This document shows positions 14,876 through 29,755 of a stretch of 64,000 nucleotides of DNA, one piece after another (the first letter of the stretch is position 1; each line of letters starts with the position of its first letter). The stretch lies in NCBI RefSeq assembly GCF_009914755.1, contig NC_060930.1; one strand, given 5' to 3'. The notes under the pieces were generated by a model. It had not been told where the DNA came from. It saw nothing but the letters and a program-made list of their open reading frames with translations, and ran no database searches. The position numbers and the translations under genes are program-made. Origin of the DNA: the human T2T-CHM13v2.0 reference genome, Homo sapiens.

Positions 14876-15371
14876 TATGACAGCCAGATCTTAAGGTGAC
14901 TCTGGTGATTTTTGACTTCTGGTATTCATGTCCTCATATAATCCACCCCCCCTTGAGTGGGGGTGGGACTGTGACTTGCTTCTACCAAGGAAAATGGCAA
15001 AGGTAATAGGATGTCACTCCTATGATTATGTTACATTATATACGACTCCATTTTGCCAGCATGCTGGCTCTAGAGTCTCCCTTTCCATTGCTGCCTTTGA
15101 AGATGGAGCTGCCATGAATCTTACACCCCTAAGGAAGTGACTTCTCCAAACATCTGATGAGCTTGCAGGTAAATCCTTTTCTAGTTGAGGCCCCAGCTGA
15201 GACCCCAGCCCTGGCCAACATCTTAGTTGCAGCTTGTGAGACCCTATGCAGAGGACCCAGGTAAGACATGTTCAGACTCCTGATGAAAACAAAATTTGAG
15301 ATAATAAATGGGAATTGTTTAAAGCTGCTAAGTTTATGGTAATTTGTTAAGCAATACAGAAAATGAATACA
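14876..15371 (+). mobile_element. MaLR solo LTR (MLT1E/F-like)
   Basis: cccttgagtgggggtgggactgtgacttgcttcta...ataataaatgggaattgtttaaagctgctaagtttatggtaatttgtt...aataca. Confidence 0.82.
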
Positions 15372-15459
15372 GGTGTAATGTAGAACTTTTAGTCTTGGTC
15401 TAAGAAGATAGATATCAAGCCTATGATATTTAAAAATTATTTGGTAAGTAATTTTTCAA

Positions 15460-16740
<1,281 letters not shown>

Positions 16741-17947
16741 AAAGCAAAAAAGCTTATGAGCACATCTAAAACAAATAAGTTAAAACATAGATAATTTAAT
16801 AAAATATATTATTTCTGAATAATAAATAGCAAGCAAAAATGCCCCAAATCTGAGGTTTTTGAACAGCCTACGTGGGTTTAGGAGTGAAAGAGATGAATCT
16901 TACGAGCCTCTGATAGATAAAATTTTCACGGTAGTGTATTTCTTCCCAGCCAAAATCCCCTAGGGAAATCAGTTGAATACCTTATACTGTAATTTTAGTT
17001 TTTCATTTCCTTGTGTAAAAACACCCTAGGAGCTTTGCTGCAAAAAGGAATTCCCTGGGATTTTAAACCAGCATGGTTTAGAAAAGTCTTAACTTCAAAG
17101 TGAGGTTCCCAATGTACTGTTCATGGGTGGCATCTTTCAAAATGAAATAATTGGAATTCAGTGGAAGTCATGGCAGCTACACCTGGGGTTTGGTTTTGAA
17201 ATAAGCAGGAAATATGTTCTGACACCCAGTGGCACAAAGTTTTACAGAGAGCATTGTCAATTGAGTGTGCCCTTAATCAATCTGAAATGATTTTAACATT
17301 GACTTTAATATGTATATGCTTTGAGACTAAGTGTTAGGAATGATCTCACAAAGATCTCACCAGGGGATGGGAGACACCTTTCCCACTGTGCTGAGTGGGT
17401 TGAGGACACTGCCAGCCTACTACCTGCTAAGCTCCCCTCCAAAAAACCCATGATGTGGAGGGGAGTGATGAGTGAGCTTCTTACAACATGCCTATTCTTG
17501 CAGAGTTCTCTCTCTTCCATCCTAGCTGCTGGGGTCATGTCAACCTTGTCTACCTGGTAAAATTGAGGACCTCTACTTCAAAACATCAACTCCATTGCTT
17601 GTCAGCCCACTGTTTTAGCCTTTATTTTGGTCCTGATACCTTTTTTGATTTCACATTTTCCCCCTTCCCAGGAGGGATCACACCTTGAATTCTAATTACC
17701 TTAGTTAAGAAGAAACATTGGAAAGATTTGTTGACATTCAGTCAAGAGCAAGAATGTAAGAGGAGTTGAGGGGGGAGGCCAAAGACTCACTTTGCTGTGT
17801 CTACTGTTTTACTGAGATGGGCTATGGCTGAGCATTGGAAAATCATCTTGTACACCTGTTGACTTGACTCAGGTGCGAGAAAGGTCCTGGATGCAACACC
17901 TGCCCTGTTTCAGAAGTGTCTGGCACCCTCTGGGGCTCAGTGCAATC

Positions 17948-18256
17948 TTTTTTGTTTGTTTGTTTGTTTTGAGATGGAGTTTTGCTCTTGTCACCCACGC
18001 TGGAGTGCAATAGTGCAATCTTGGCTAGCTGCAACCTCCACCTCCTGGGTTCAAGTGATTTTCCTGCCTCAGCCTCCTAAGTAGCTGGGATTACTGGCAC
18101 CTGTCACCACACCTGGTTAATTTTTGTATTTTTAGTAGAGATGGGTTTCACCATGTTGGCCAGGCTGGTCTTGAACACCTGAGCTCAGGTGATCCACTCG
18201 CCTTGGCCTCCCAAAGTGCTGGGATTACTTACAGGTGTGAGCCACCACGCCTGGCC
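17948..18256 (-). mobile_element. AluSq-like SINE
   Basis: (TTTG)n tail plus reverse-complement Alu dimer. Confidence 0.94.
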
Positions 18257-18299
18257 ACAGTACCTTCTTATTGATTAACTCTGTTCTTAACTAATTGAC

Positions 18300-18701
18300 T
18301 GATATAGTTTGGCTCTGTGTCCCACCCAAATATCATCTTGAAATGTAATCCCCACATGTCAATGGAGGGACCTGGTGGGAGGGGCTTGGATATGGAGGTG
18401 GTTTCCCCCATGCTGTTCTTGTTATAGTGAGTGAGTTTTCATGAGACCTGATGGTTTAAAAGTGGCACTTCCCCATTCAGTCTTGCTCTCTCTCTCTCTC
18501 TCTCTCTCTGCTGCTGCCATGTAAGACATGCCTTGCTTCCCCTTTGCCTTCTGCCATGATTGTACGTTACTTGTGGTCTCCCCAGCCATGTGGAGCTGTG
18601 AGCCAATTAAACCTCTTTTCTTTATAAATTACCCAGTCTCAGGTAGTTCTTTATTTATAGCAGTTCTTTATTTTATAGCAGTGTGAAAACGAACTAATAC
18701 A
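18300..18701 (+). mobile_element. MaLR solo LTR (THE1D/MSTA-like)
   Basis: TG...CA termini with perfect 5-bp TSD ttgac (18295-18299, 18702-18706); attaaa polyA signal; internal (TC)n. Confidence 0.92.
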
Positions 18702-20939
18702 TTGACCCTCCTTAAAAATGACCATAATTAATTTTCAAGTTCTGGAGGGAAGTTGTAACAGAGTTTTATTTCCAGTGAGGCCCAGCACTTGAATTTTTAG
18801 AGGCTCACTTCATCTTCTACCCTTTGCTAAGGTTTTGCTCAGTTCATTAGTAAATCTTCTTAGAGGGAATGAAATAAAGAGGGGATCAGAGGAAACTTGC
18901 CTTCGTCAAAACAGTTCTGGTGAAGGATTTTGTCAGTAAGTATTTGTAACTGCTGGCTTATCAGAGGTTTGAGATTAACTCTGGATTTAATTTGTCTGAG
19001 CTATATATTTCCCAGTCCTTAGTAAATGACCAAGAATTGATTCTGGGTGGTGAGAAATCCATACACTATCACACTGGCATGTCCCTTGAGGATTAGGCAA
19101 GCCATTTTAGTACTGAGGTACACAACAGATCTTTGCCCTCCTGCTTGCTATGGTTGGCTTTGAACGCAGACATTGAGTGTGGAGAGGGTTTGGCTCTGAG
19201 TCCAAGTGGGCTGACTGCCTCACACAATCTCTTCCCATGCCCCCTGAGGTTTCTGAGCCCCATTGCACAGGCAGTCACTAGATCAACTGGAATTTACCGC
19301 ATCAAATTCAAGTGTAGACAAACCTTTTGGTATTCATGCCGGTGTGTGTGAAGTGTCCACACTGATACCTGGCTTGTCAGTGGTGGCTAATACCTTGAAA
19401 ACATGATGGAGACACTGAGCTGATTTGGAGGCACATATGTTAGCTATTGATCAAGGGCATCTTTTGCTCTTAGTTGGGGCCCCTTAAGCCGCTTACTTTC
19501 ATAGACTAACTTTGACTTCTTTCTTCTTCACATCAGGAGCCCACTTACATCCTAGCCACTGGATTATGTTTAATGGCATTCAAACTAACTTTTTCCAGTA
19601 TCAGCTTAGATCATCCTTGAAAAGCTGACCCTGCTTTCAGGTCTCCAAAGGATGCTTTTCTTCTGACACTCCACTATTTACTGAACTGATCATTGCCTTC
19701 TCCCTCTTCACCTCCTGACTTCTCTTTTTAGGCTAGTCCCATGCAGCAACTTTTGGTTTCTTAAAATACGTAGCCAGTTGAGTATTTTTTTTCTTTTAGC
19801 AATCATGGTGTAGTTCCATGATCCTTAATGGAATTTAGCCATTTCTCACTTTTGAAGCATGGCATGGTCTCAAGCTCCTTATGTCTGTGCCCAAGGCACC
19901 ATCCTACCTTCATTTGTCATCTCCAAATCTAGAGGGTATCATTTTCATCATTCTCACTTCTTATAACCTCAAAGCTTTCCAGTTAGCGCTTGGGCTCTCC
20001 CTAGAACCTCATTTCCATGCCCCCTGCATAAGGGTCCTAGAAACCTACCCAGCATCAAAACTTGGCAGTCCCTATGCCTGTCCTTGCCCTGCAAAACCAT
20101 ATTCAGGAATGAGGAGCTGTACCTTAGAGCATTTTACCATTTCACACATGGCACCTTTCTTGAGCTCACTTTGACCCTCATCATAACGAGCCTGGAATGG
20201 AAGGCAGTGGGTTTGGGGAAGCTTCACATAGAGGAGTGCTAGCTTTTTCTACATTCAGACAGAACAGGATGAAACTGAAGTGGCTATGCAGATATTTTAG
20301 TCTCACTAGAATTCTTGTTCCATTACACAACAACTTTAGGCAGTCAAAATTTCAAATTTGAGAAGGAGGCAAGAGTCTTGTCGTGCAAGGCACTGGTCCA
20401 TTTTCTGCAGCAGGTTTGGTTCAATTAATTTCTGACATATTCTTTCCTTTGTAAAGGTACAAAGATAACACAGAGAGAGACCCACAGCTTTTTCAAAGGT
20501 ACAAAAATTTGGGCAATTTGAGGGAAAATACAAGGAAGAGAGGGGAGATTTACTCTACACCTCCACACCCCCAAATAGAGAAAGCCAGAGATGTGTATTA
20601 TCTGTGTGTATGTGTGTGTGTAGGTGTGCACATGCATGCATGAACATGCACACATGTGTGTGACTTGTGACTCCAAAGTAATGTAGCAGATTTTCAGACG
20701 TGGTTTTTGGAACCTTTCTTATTACATTAATATCTTGGACTGTACATACGTGAATTCCACGCCTGTAAGTGTACCTGCACCCATACACAAAAGCTCACAA
20801 TATAAGATCCAAAGTGCTAACATTACAGATTCTGCAGTTGATGAAAAGCGAGCATTGAGATTTGTGATGTATATGTTTACATCAAGGTTTTGAATTCAGC
20901 GACCTGCTGTTTTCACAGTCGCTGCCATTCTCTGCACAG

Positions 20940-21440
20940 CCTGTTTGGAAATGTTACAGTCCCTGAGAGACCGGCTCCCTCATGAATAGGCAATTAGATG
21001 TCTCCTCCCTCCAGGCTGCGAGAGATGCTCCCTCCCTCCTGGAATCTTCTCTACTTTTAGAAAACGTGTGCTTAACTTGTAAATGTAGTTTTCAGTGCTG
21101 GTAAGAATATTTTTGTTTTGAATAACAATCGCGTTCTTTTCCACAGCGCGAGGCGCTCTGCTGAGTAGCAAGGAGCCCCTCCCAGCCGGAAGGCTTTTGC
21201 GGTGCTAGCAGCGCCTGTCTCAGAGCCCTTCTTTATCAACACTGGGCTGCAGGGCCGGTTTCTGAAGTACATAGTAAACATAATTGTTCTCACATTAAAA
21301 AGAAGAGGAAAACAAACAAGGCGCAGATATGTTCCGCAGTTTTCGCAGCACTGCATGGAGCTGTGACACGCAGGCTACCTAGGGGGCCCCCTCCTCCCCG
21401 ATCTCCCTCTCACTAGGTGGGGAATCCTGGACGGCTGCTG
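20940..21440. promoter_or_regulatory. Candidate enhancer or insulator (CpG-retaining unique DNA)
   Basis: 15 CpGs in 21130-21433 within non-repeat DNA; FOX motifs at 20874 and 21274. Confidence 0.45.
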
Positions 21441-21779
21441 GACTCCTCTGGGTTTCAGTTTCTCCCTCTGAGCAGTGAACCTCCTATGACTGTTGGGTGT
21501 ATTAAATGAGATAATGTATAAAAATGTTTGGAATAACTACCTCGTGCATATCAGCTCTCCATACTGTTGCTGCCGCAGCTCTTGTAGAAGGTAGGTTTAC
21601 CGGGAAATGGGCCCTCAACATACAAATTCGAAAATAAATTTAAGCATACATATTCCTCAGAAAATGCAGTCCTTTTCTCCAGATCTTGGCTTGACCTCCT
21701 TTTTCTAGCCAGTGCTAGTATTTTTAAAAAATCAGAATTGAGTCAATTTTAAGAAAATCCAATTTAAGTGTCAGAATCT

Positions 21780-22310
21780 TAGCCTTTCCTAAAACTCTTT
21801 ACCAGCTCCCTATCATCTATAGGAAAAATAGAGACTCCTTAGTAAGGTATGAAGGGCTATTTGCAGTGTGGCTACCAACTACTTCTTTATCTTCTTCCCA
21901 TGAGACACTGCCATATGTATTTTATGTGGCAGCAGGAATTAACTGGCCACAGTCCTGCTACGACACTGTATTATTTCATGCCCCTGGGCCTTTGCAGATG
22001 CAAATGCATGAAATTCTGTCTCCCCCTCTTTACTTTCTGGGACAACTCTGGCTCCATCTACGTGTGTTTTCTCTAACACTCATGATCCCCTTGATTAAAG
22101 TATTGCCTCCATCCTCCATGCTTTGCCCATATGTTTAGTCTTGTACATATTACCTGGTATTGCAATGCATTTGTTTATTAGTTTGTCTTTCCCATTTGAC
22201 TCTGAGTTCTTTGAGGTGATGGACTAGGTCTTATTGATTTCTGTATTCCAGCACTAAACAAACAGCACAGACTCAGGGACACAAAAAATTGTTTCATGGT
22301 TTAATTGAAA
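21780..22310 (+). mobile_element. L2 LINE 3' fragment
   Basis: gactctgagttctttgaggtgatggactaggtcttattgatttctgtattccagcac resembles the L2 3' end. Confidence 0.65.
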
Positions 22311-22489
22311 TAGGGAGTAAATGTTAATATTATTAAGGCAGGCACTGCAGAGATTTTTGTTGCTTTTTTTTTCCTTGCAATAATGAGGTCAGCTCTTGTA
22401 TTAAAAATATTTTGGAGAACAATGCCCATTTATGTAAATGAAGAGTAGTTGAAACAACAGCAAGAAGTCTGGTGTTTCTAGGATTAATT

Positions 22490-23620
22490 TCGTTTGATTC
22501 AACAAGTGTTGTTCTAAGTGCCGGGGGTAATAATGAAGATGGAATAAGATACATTCTGTTTCCTCAAGGAGCTTTCAATCTGGAAGGGGATAAGGCAAAC
22601 AGAGTAGAAAAAGGGCAAAATTCGTGCCATTAGAGGTGAACAAAAAAGAGTTCTGGAGGTTTGAAGGGAGAATCAGCCGAATGTAACTGGGGATTAGGAA
22701 GAGGTGTTGTGTGGAAGTGGCAATGTTTGCGATTGACCTTGATGGGCTAGGCAGAGATGGGCAAGAAGGATATTCCAGGCAGGAGGGACAGTATGTGTAA
22801 AGATCTAGGGGTGACTAAGAGGATATCCACTTGGAAACCATCAACCATCCGCCAGGCTCCATCTTATGCCTAGCATGGGCAAGTAGTTGGAGAAGAGGCT
22901 GAAAAACAAGTTTGTGGCTATTTTGCAAAAGGTACTTAGTCCCAGAATGAGGAAATTTGACTTAAGTTAGCAGGCATTGGGGAGCAATCAATACTTTTGA
23001 GCAGAAGAGTGATATAAATAGAAGAATGCTAAAGAAATTTTGGATTGCTAGCCTATAGGGATTGCCCGGGAAAAGGAGAACTTCACAGTAGGGATAGGAG
23101 AGAGGAGATTGCAAGATTGTAGATGGGAGGTACTAGCAGTGGAAGATAGTATCTGAGAGATCTTGAATTTTCTGAGGCTCACTTCATCTTCTACCCTTTG
23201 CAAAACAGAGAGGACATGTGCTCATTTTGATGTGAGGATGAGTAAGAATTAAGAGTCTCATGTGATGCTTGGGTTTAAAGCATGGATAAGGGAAGTCATG
23301 GAACCATTCAGAGAATTCAAGAAATCAAGCAGAGGAAGTCAGAGTGTTAGGAATGTTGTAAATTTGGTGTGGGTGATGTCCAGTTTAAGGATCTTCAAGT
23401 AAATTGGAAACTTAGGAGACAGGTCAGAGTTAGAGCTTCATACTGACAATAACTGACATCAGGGAATAGATGTTATACTGAGAAAAGGAAGACAGACAGA
23501 GGAGAAACCAAGTATAAAACCTTAGATAATACCTACGCTTATTAAAGAGAAAAAACAAACCGATAAGGGAGAACAATGATAGTAATAGAACCAGGATAGC
23601 TAGTGCAATCTCATGTAATT
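22490..23620 (-). mobile_element. L2 LINE fragment
   Basis: Purine-rich L2-like sequence (ctcaaggagctttcaatctgg, ggatattccaggcaggagggacagtatgtg, gcaggcattggggagcaatc). Confidence 0.7.
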
Positions 23621-25074
23621 CAAGTGTGAGTTTTGAGGAGGAAATCATTCCTGGAGGGGAATTTCAGTTCATTGACTACCTGACAGGTAGTATAAAAACT
23701 TGTTTGAATTTCCATAGCTTTTTGGAGTTCATATTCCTTCATGATTATTTGTTTGTATGTCTTTCTCTCCTTCCGGACTGGGAGCTCCTCCAAAGTGGAA
23801 AACATGTCTTAGTTGTGTTTTTCCAGCCTTTAGCAGGGTACCTGGAATGTAGCTAGGGCTTAATGATCATTTGTGGAATGAGTAAACAAACAAAGTGATA
23901 GAGAAATGAAGACAAGGAAAGGCCCACTGTGCTTGAGAAAGAAGTAGAGCTCCTGAAATAAAGCAATGAGTGTTTCAGCAATTTTCTGCTCTTGAGAGAG
24001 GAAGAAACAACGTCTATGAAAAGGCAATTCAAAAGCAAGTGTTTAGAAAAATTCTAAGTCCTCCACTACGGCATGAAATTCATTGTCTAAATTTTCATAG
24101 AGTTAAGCCTCATGATTTGTGAGGTATTGCAATGAAATTATCCAGAAAGTAAAGAGTTCTATAACATTCCACCTACTTGAATTCAACTGGCCACATGATT
24201 AATGACATTGCTAGGCCCATTCAGGGCCTTTCATTTCCCAAGCACTTTATAAACATTGAGTAATCTCACAATACCCTTGTGAGATATTATCATGTTCATT
24301 TTCCATATGGTTAACTGAGCCAAGGAGGTTAAATGACTTGCTCAAAGGCCACACTGGAAGTCAATGGCATAAAACGTTCAGAAGGAAGGAATCCCCAGGT
24401 CCCATACCTCACTGTAGATTGCTGAACTGAATCTCACTCCATGTACTGCTAAGAAGTCTGACTGACAGGCCAGTGCTGTAACAGATTAGACTTTACAACC
24501 AAGATAAGTGAGGATTAGCATGCTGTCTCTGGCAGGTCAGGGCTGGCCCTGAAAAGAGAGAAAACTATGTTCTGCAGGACAACGTGATGTAAGACGTGCC
24601 TGGAAAAGGAAGAGTGGAACCTGGCATGGGTGAAATCACCTCTATGGATTTCCAAAGACAGTGAGATAGGAATCCGGGTAGTGGTGGAGAAAGACAGGCT
24701 TAGGAAATTTTGCTTGATGAGCATCTTGAATCTGAACATTGATGCCTTCTTACTTTTCTTATAAATATTTGCATTATTCTTTACCATTCAGTGTTGATTT
24801 TAATAGTCTTTTTTACACTTCTCCTATCTCCATATTTATCAATATGATGCTCCTTTGATCTAAAAAATGCCAAAATGTTGTCATACTGTCAACTCCTATG
24901 AACATGGCCTTTAAGAAAACCACTAACTTCTGATGAATTGGAAAGGTGAAATCTGACAGTCCCAGTTAGCTCACTAGGTTGGGTTGTATCTTTCTAATTT
25001 GCAATCATGTACTTATAGCCAAGTCTTAGAAAGTATTTGTGCCTTAGTTTTCTCAAAATGAAGAAAAGAGTATG

Positions 25075-25545
25075 GAGTGGATGCTGTTGATGCCTTGTGC
25101 ACATTCCCCTGGGCTCCTTATATTGGGAGCTCAAAGACTCAGTGCCTTCTACTGTAGGCAGCTGTGACTTTTTGCCTGAGGAGTTTCTCTGACTGCTGGA
25201 GCATGCTCAGCCTGAGCTGGGGAGGTTAGAAGCCTGGGCTGCTAGTGTCTCAGGAGTAGACCTCGAGGAAACACTAATGGGAATTGGTGGCACAGGACCT
25301 CAGCTCTCTCACTGTGCCCCTTCTTCTATGTAGCCTCACTCCCAGCAGTCCTTAGTAGGATTGCACCTCAGTCATCTGCAGTAGTAGTTTGTTTGGTAAC
25401 ACATACGCTGTATTGACTTCTTTCCTTCCCTGTCTCGCTTTCCAGCTCTTCTAATTGTGCTGCCTGGGATTACCATCCAAAAAAACCATTCGCATCCAAA
25501 TGCCTGTCTTAGGGTCTGCACTGGGGCCATCCCAACCTAAGGCCA
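25075..25545 (+). mobile_element. LTR16-like ERVL solo LTR inside a MIR
   Basis: ttccttccctgtctcgcttt...ctgggattaccatccaaaaaaacca...cttagggtctgcactggggccatcccaacctaag is typical of the LTR16 3' end. Confidence 0.72.
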
Positions 25546-25636
25546 TTATAAGGGTTATAAGAGTATCATAGGATAATGGGGCTTTGAAGACCCTATAGTA
25601 ATCATGAGTACATATCACTATTTACAAAGCACTTTC

Positions 25637-26475
25637 TTTTTTTTTTAACTTTTATTTTAAGTTGAGGGGTAGATGTACAGGTTTATTACATAGGTAAACT
25701 TGTGTCATGTGGTTTTGTTGTACAGATTATTTCATCACCCAGGTATTAAGCCTAGTACCCATTAGTTATTTTTCCTGATCCTCTCACTCTTCTTACCCTC
25801 CATCCTCTGATAGGCCCCAGTGTGGGTTTTTCCCTTCTATGTGTCCCTGTGTTCTCGTCATTTAGTTCTCACTTATAAGTGAGAACATGCGATATTTGTT
25901 TTTCTGTTCCTGCATTAGTTTGCTAAGGATAATGGCCTCCAGCTCCATCCATGTCCCTACAAAGGACATGGTCTTGTTCTTTTTTATGGCTGCATAGTAT
26001 TCCATGGTATATATGTACCACATTTTCTTTATCCGGTCTATCCTTGATGGGCATTTAAGTTGATTCCATGCATATCATTGCTATTGTGAATAGTGCTGCA
26101 ATTAATACATACGTGCATGTGTCTTTATGGTAGAATGATTTATGTTCCTTTGGGTATATACCCAGTAATGGGATTGCTGCATCCAATGGTATTTGTATCT
26201 TTAGGTCTTTGAGGAATCACCACACTGTCTTCCACAATGGTTGAACTAATTTACACTCCCACCAACAGTGTATAAGTGCTCCTTTTTCTCTTCAACCTCG
26301 CCAGTATCTGTTATTTTTTGGCTTTTTAATCATAGCCATTCTGACTGGTGTGAGATGGTATCTCACTGTGGTTTTGATTTGCATTTCTCCAATGATTGGT
26401 GTTGTTGAGCTTTTTCCATATGATTGTTGGCGCTGCATGTATGTCTTCTTTTGAAAAGTGTCTGTTTATGTCCTG
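25637..26475 (-). mobile_element. 5'-truncated L1PA13-like element inserted in a MIR
   Basis: L1PA12/13-type 3'UTR. Perfect 12-bp TSD caaagcactttc (25625-25636, 26476-26487). Confidence 0.92.
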
Positions 26476-26994
26476 CAAAGCACTTTCATACTCACTTTCT
26501 CATAAGATTCTTAGAACCACTGGTGAGTTAGGATGTCTATTATTATCATCTCTATTTAACATCAAAGTTATTGAAGTTCAGTGGGGCTTAATGCCTTGCC
26601 ATGAGCCAAAGCTAGGAAGTGGTGCCTCTGGCTTTTAATTCCAACCTCTTTCTCCAAATCCCCACCTGATTCCACCTCCTCACTGTATTCTCAGGTGCTG
26701 CTAGCCAAGAAAGACTTGTACTTTGACTTCTAATGCTTCTGCAAAATGTAGATTCCATTAGTGTAGTTGAATAGCTGTTTAATCTCTATCTGCAGGTTAA
26801 ATTTCATTGAAATATGTTAACTATGTGTCTATTGGAGAACTTTGATTAGCCACCATTGTGTTTTATAAGGTAAAGTAAACATTTAGATTTAAGTTATATT
26901 TAATTCTCTTTAGAGAAATGTTAAACATCATCAAAGTCAGTTGTCCTCTAATCATTTTTATGAATTATTTTTATAATTTATGTATGTTTTTTCA

Positions 26995-27340
26995 AGCCAT
27001 AGATTCCTAGAGTTGGAAGAGACCTCAAGATGTGGAGATGCTGAAATCTTGTCCATAGCACCCCTGACAGATGGTCTCCCAGCCTCTGCTGTCATATTTC
27101 TTATAATGAGATCACCATCACACAAGAAGACTCACTTCATTGTTGAAAGTTCTGGTTATTTAAAATTTTTTCCTTTTATTGAGCCAAAGTGGCTTTATTG
27201 TAACTTCTCTCCTGTTAGTCTGGTTGAGACCTCTGGAAGTAAACAGAACAAGTTGAATGATTTGTCTTGGCTTGAATCTCTTTCTACATGAAAATAATTC
27301 TTTAAGTCCGTCATCTTTTCTTGTGTTGACATCTGTCTGT
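26995..27340. mobile_element. L3/CR1-like fragment (another at ~29130-29330)
   Basis: catagattcctagagttggaagagacctcaag and ctctggaagtaaacagaacaag resemble recalled L3 sequence. Confidence 0.55.
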
Positions 27341-27943
27341 GTAATTTTGTTCTTATTAGGAGTGTCTGTGCTGATACCGTGAATGCATTATTAGTTCTTT
27401 ATTTTTCTGCAGTGTTTCTTCTTATAGGTGATGTTTTCATTCCTCTATAGTGGTCCCAGCATTCCTGGCACCTTTTGGTACACCCCCTCATTCTTTTACA
27501 GTTACCATTTCTCCTTAGGTCTCGTTTGAGACCACGAGTATGCTAGTTTACCCTTGACTGTGAGTTTTCACTTGTTTGTTGTTGGATTTCTTCTCTTAGT
27601 TATTGTTCATTTGCTCTTCTCCTATGGTTGTAAAATTACATGTATTTATTGAACTCATATTTAATTTGAGATTTTCCTTTTGTCTTTGAGGCTCATCTTC
27701 TGGGTCCTGTTTCTCCTTCTTTTAGTTGTAAATGTGGGGGACTGATTGCTAGAAAGAGGTGTAAAGCACTCCTATTTTCCATATTTCTGCCCTGGATATC
27801 CTCCTTGGAGAGAGTTTTTAGCCTCTTCCCTTTTCCTCAGCCTTCTCCCCCTCCTCACAATCTTCTTTCCCTGGCATCTACAGAATACAAAGAACATGAA
27901 TTTTAGATTTAGCAAACGTGAGTTTTAACTTGGCCTCTACCTC

Positions 27944-28720
<777 letters not shown>

Positions 28721-29702
28721 TCCATTTCAACCTCTTATTATTACTGTGAGGTTAAGGAAGTTATGTGCCTTGATTTTTTTTCATCTATAAATTGGAACCA
28801 ACAATTACCACATTACAGCATTGTTTTGAGTTTTAAATGAGATAGCATCTATAAAGGACTCAGCACATATTAGGTGCTCAATACATTTTAGTGGCCTATC
28901 CTGCCTTCTAGGCAGGGTTTTTAGATGTGTTATTCAGGATCAGGCTCTTTATCTTCCCTAAGTTTAGTTTTCTGAATCTTTGTGCTTGGGTATTAAAATA
29001 TTTATCCCATAATATCTTTGGGAATATCAAATGAGATCATGTATACAAAAGTGCTTTGCCAACTGTAGACTACTATAAAATTGTAAGTTGTTGCCATCTC
29101 AACATTAATATTAGTTTATGTTAAAGTGTGGTCAAGTGTAAGTCCCAGATATTCTTCCATTGAGCTGCAGCCTAGTCAACTCTCTTGCAGTCTATAGTTA
29201 CTTAATTGATTTTTTTGAAACCAAATGTAGGATTTTATATCCTATGAAATTTAATCTTGTTGGTCTTGGCCCAGCATCCCGTCTGTCAAGTTCACTTTGA
29301 GTTTGTATTCGAGAGTTATTTATGTTATTCCTTCAAGCTCCGGGGCTGTTGCTGGCAGGCACACATTAGACTGTAATGCATTCAAAGAAGAGTCAGAGTT
29401 CTAAACTCCCCCCCCCATTACCACCCCCACCTCACCTCCTCCTCACCTCCTGACTTTGCTCAATTTTAGAAAGGCATAGAAACTCCCAATTTAATTTTAT
29501 TTTGGATTGAGTATACACATTAGAGGACTAACTGCTCCCACTTCACCAGAATTTTCCAAGAGTTGATGGCTCTATGTAAAGGGCTTGAAAGAAAAAAAAA
29601 ACGCCCACAGTATATACATATCTAGGGACAAACCAATCAGAAAATTGTCTTTCTTGTTCCTAATGGAAGACCAGAGGGTGTTTGTTAATTTTTTAAAGAA
29701 TT

Positions 29703-29712
29703 CACACACACA

Positions 29713-29753
<41 letters not shown>
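29703..29753 (+). repeat. (CA)n microsatellite
   Basis: About 25 CA units with one interruption. Confidence 0.97.

Positions 29754-29755
<2 letters not shown>

Noticed and set aside
29407-29451. C-rich tract (possible minus-strand G-quadruplex)
   Set aside because: Only two runs of three or more C plus CC doublets; weak and common.
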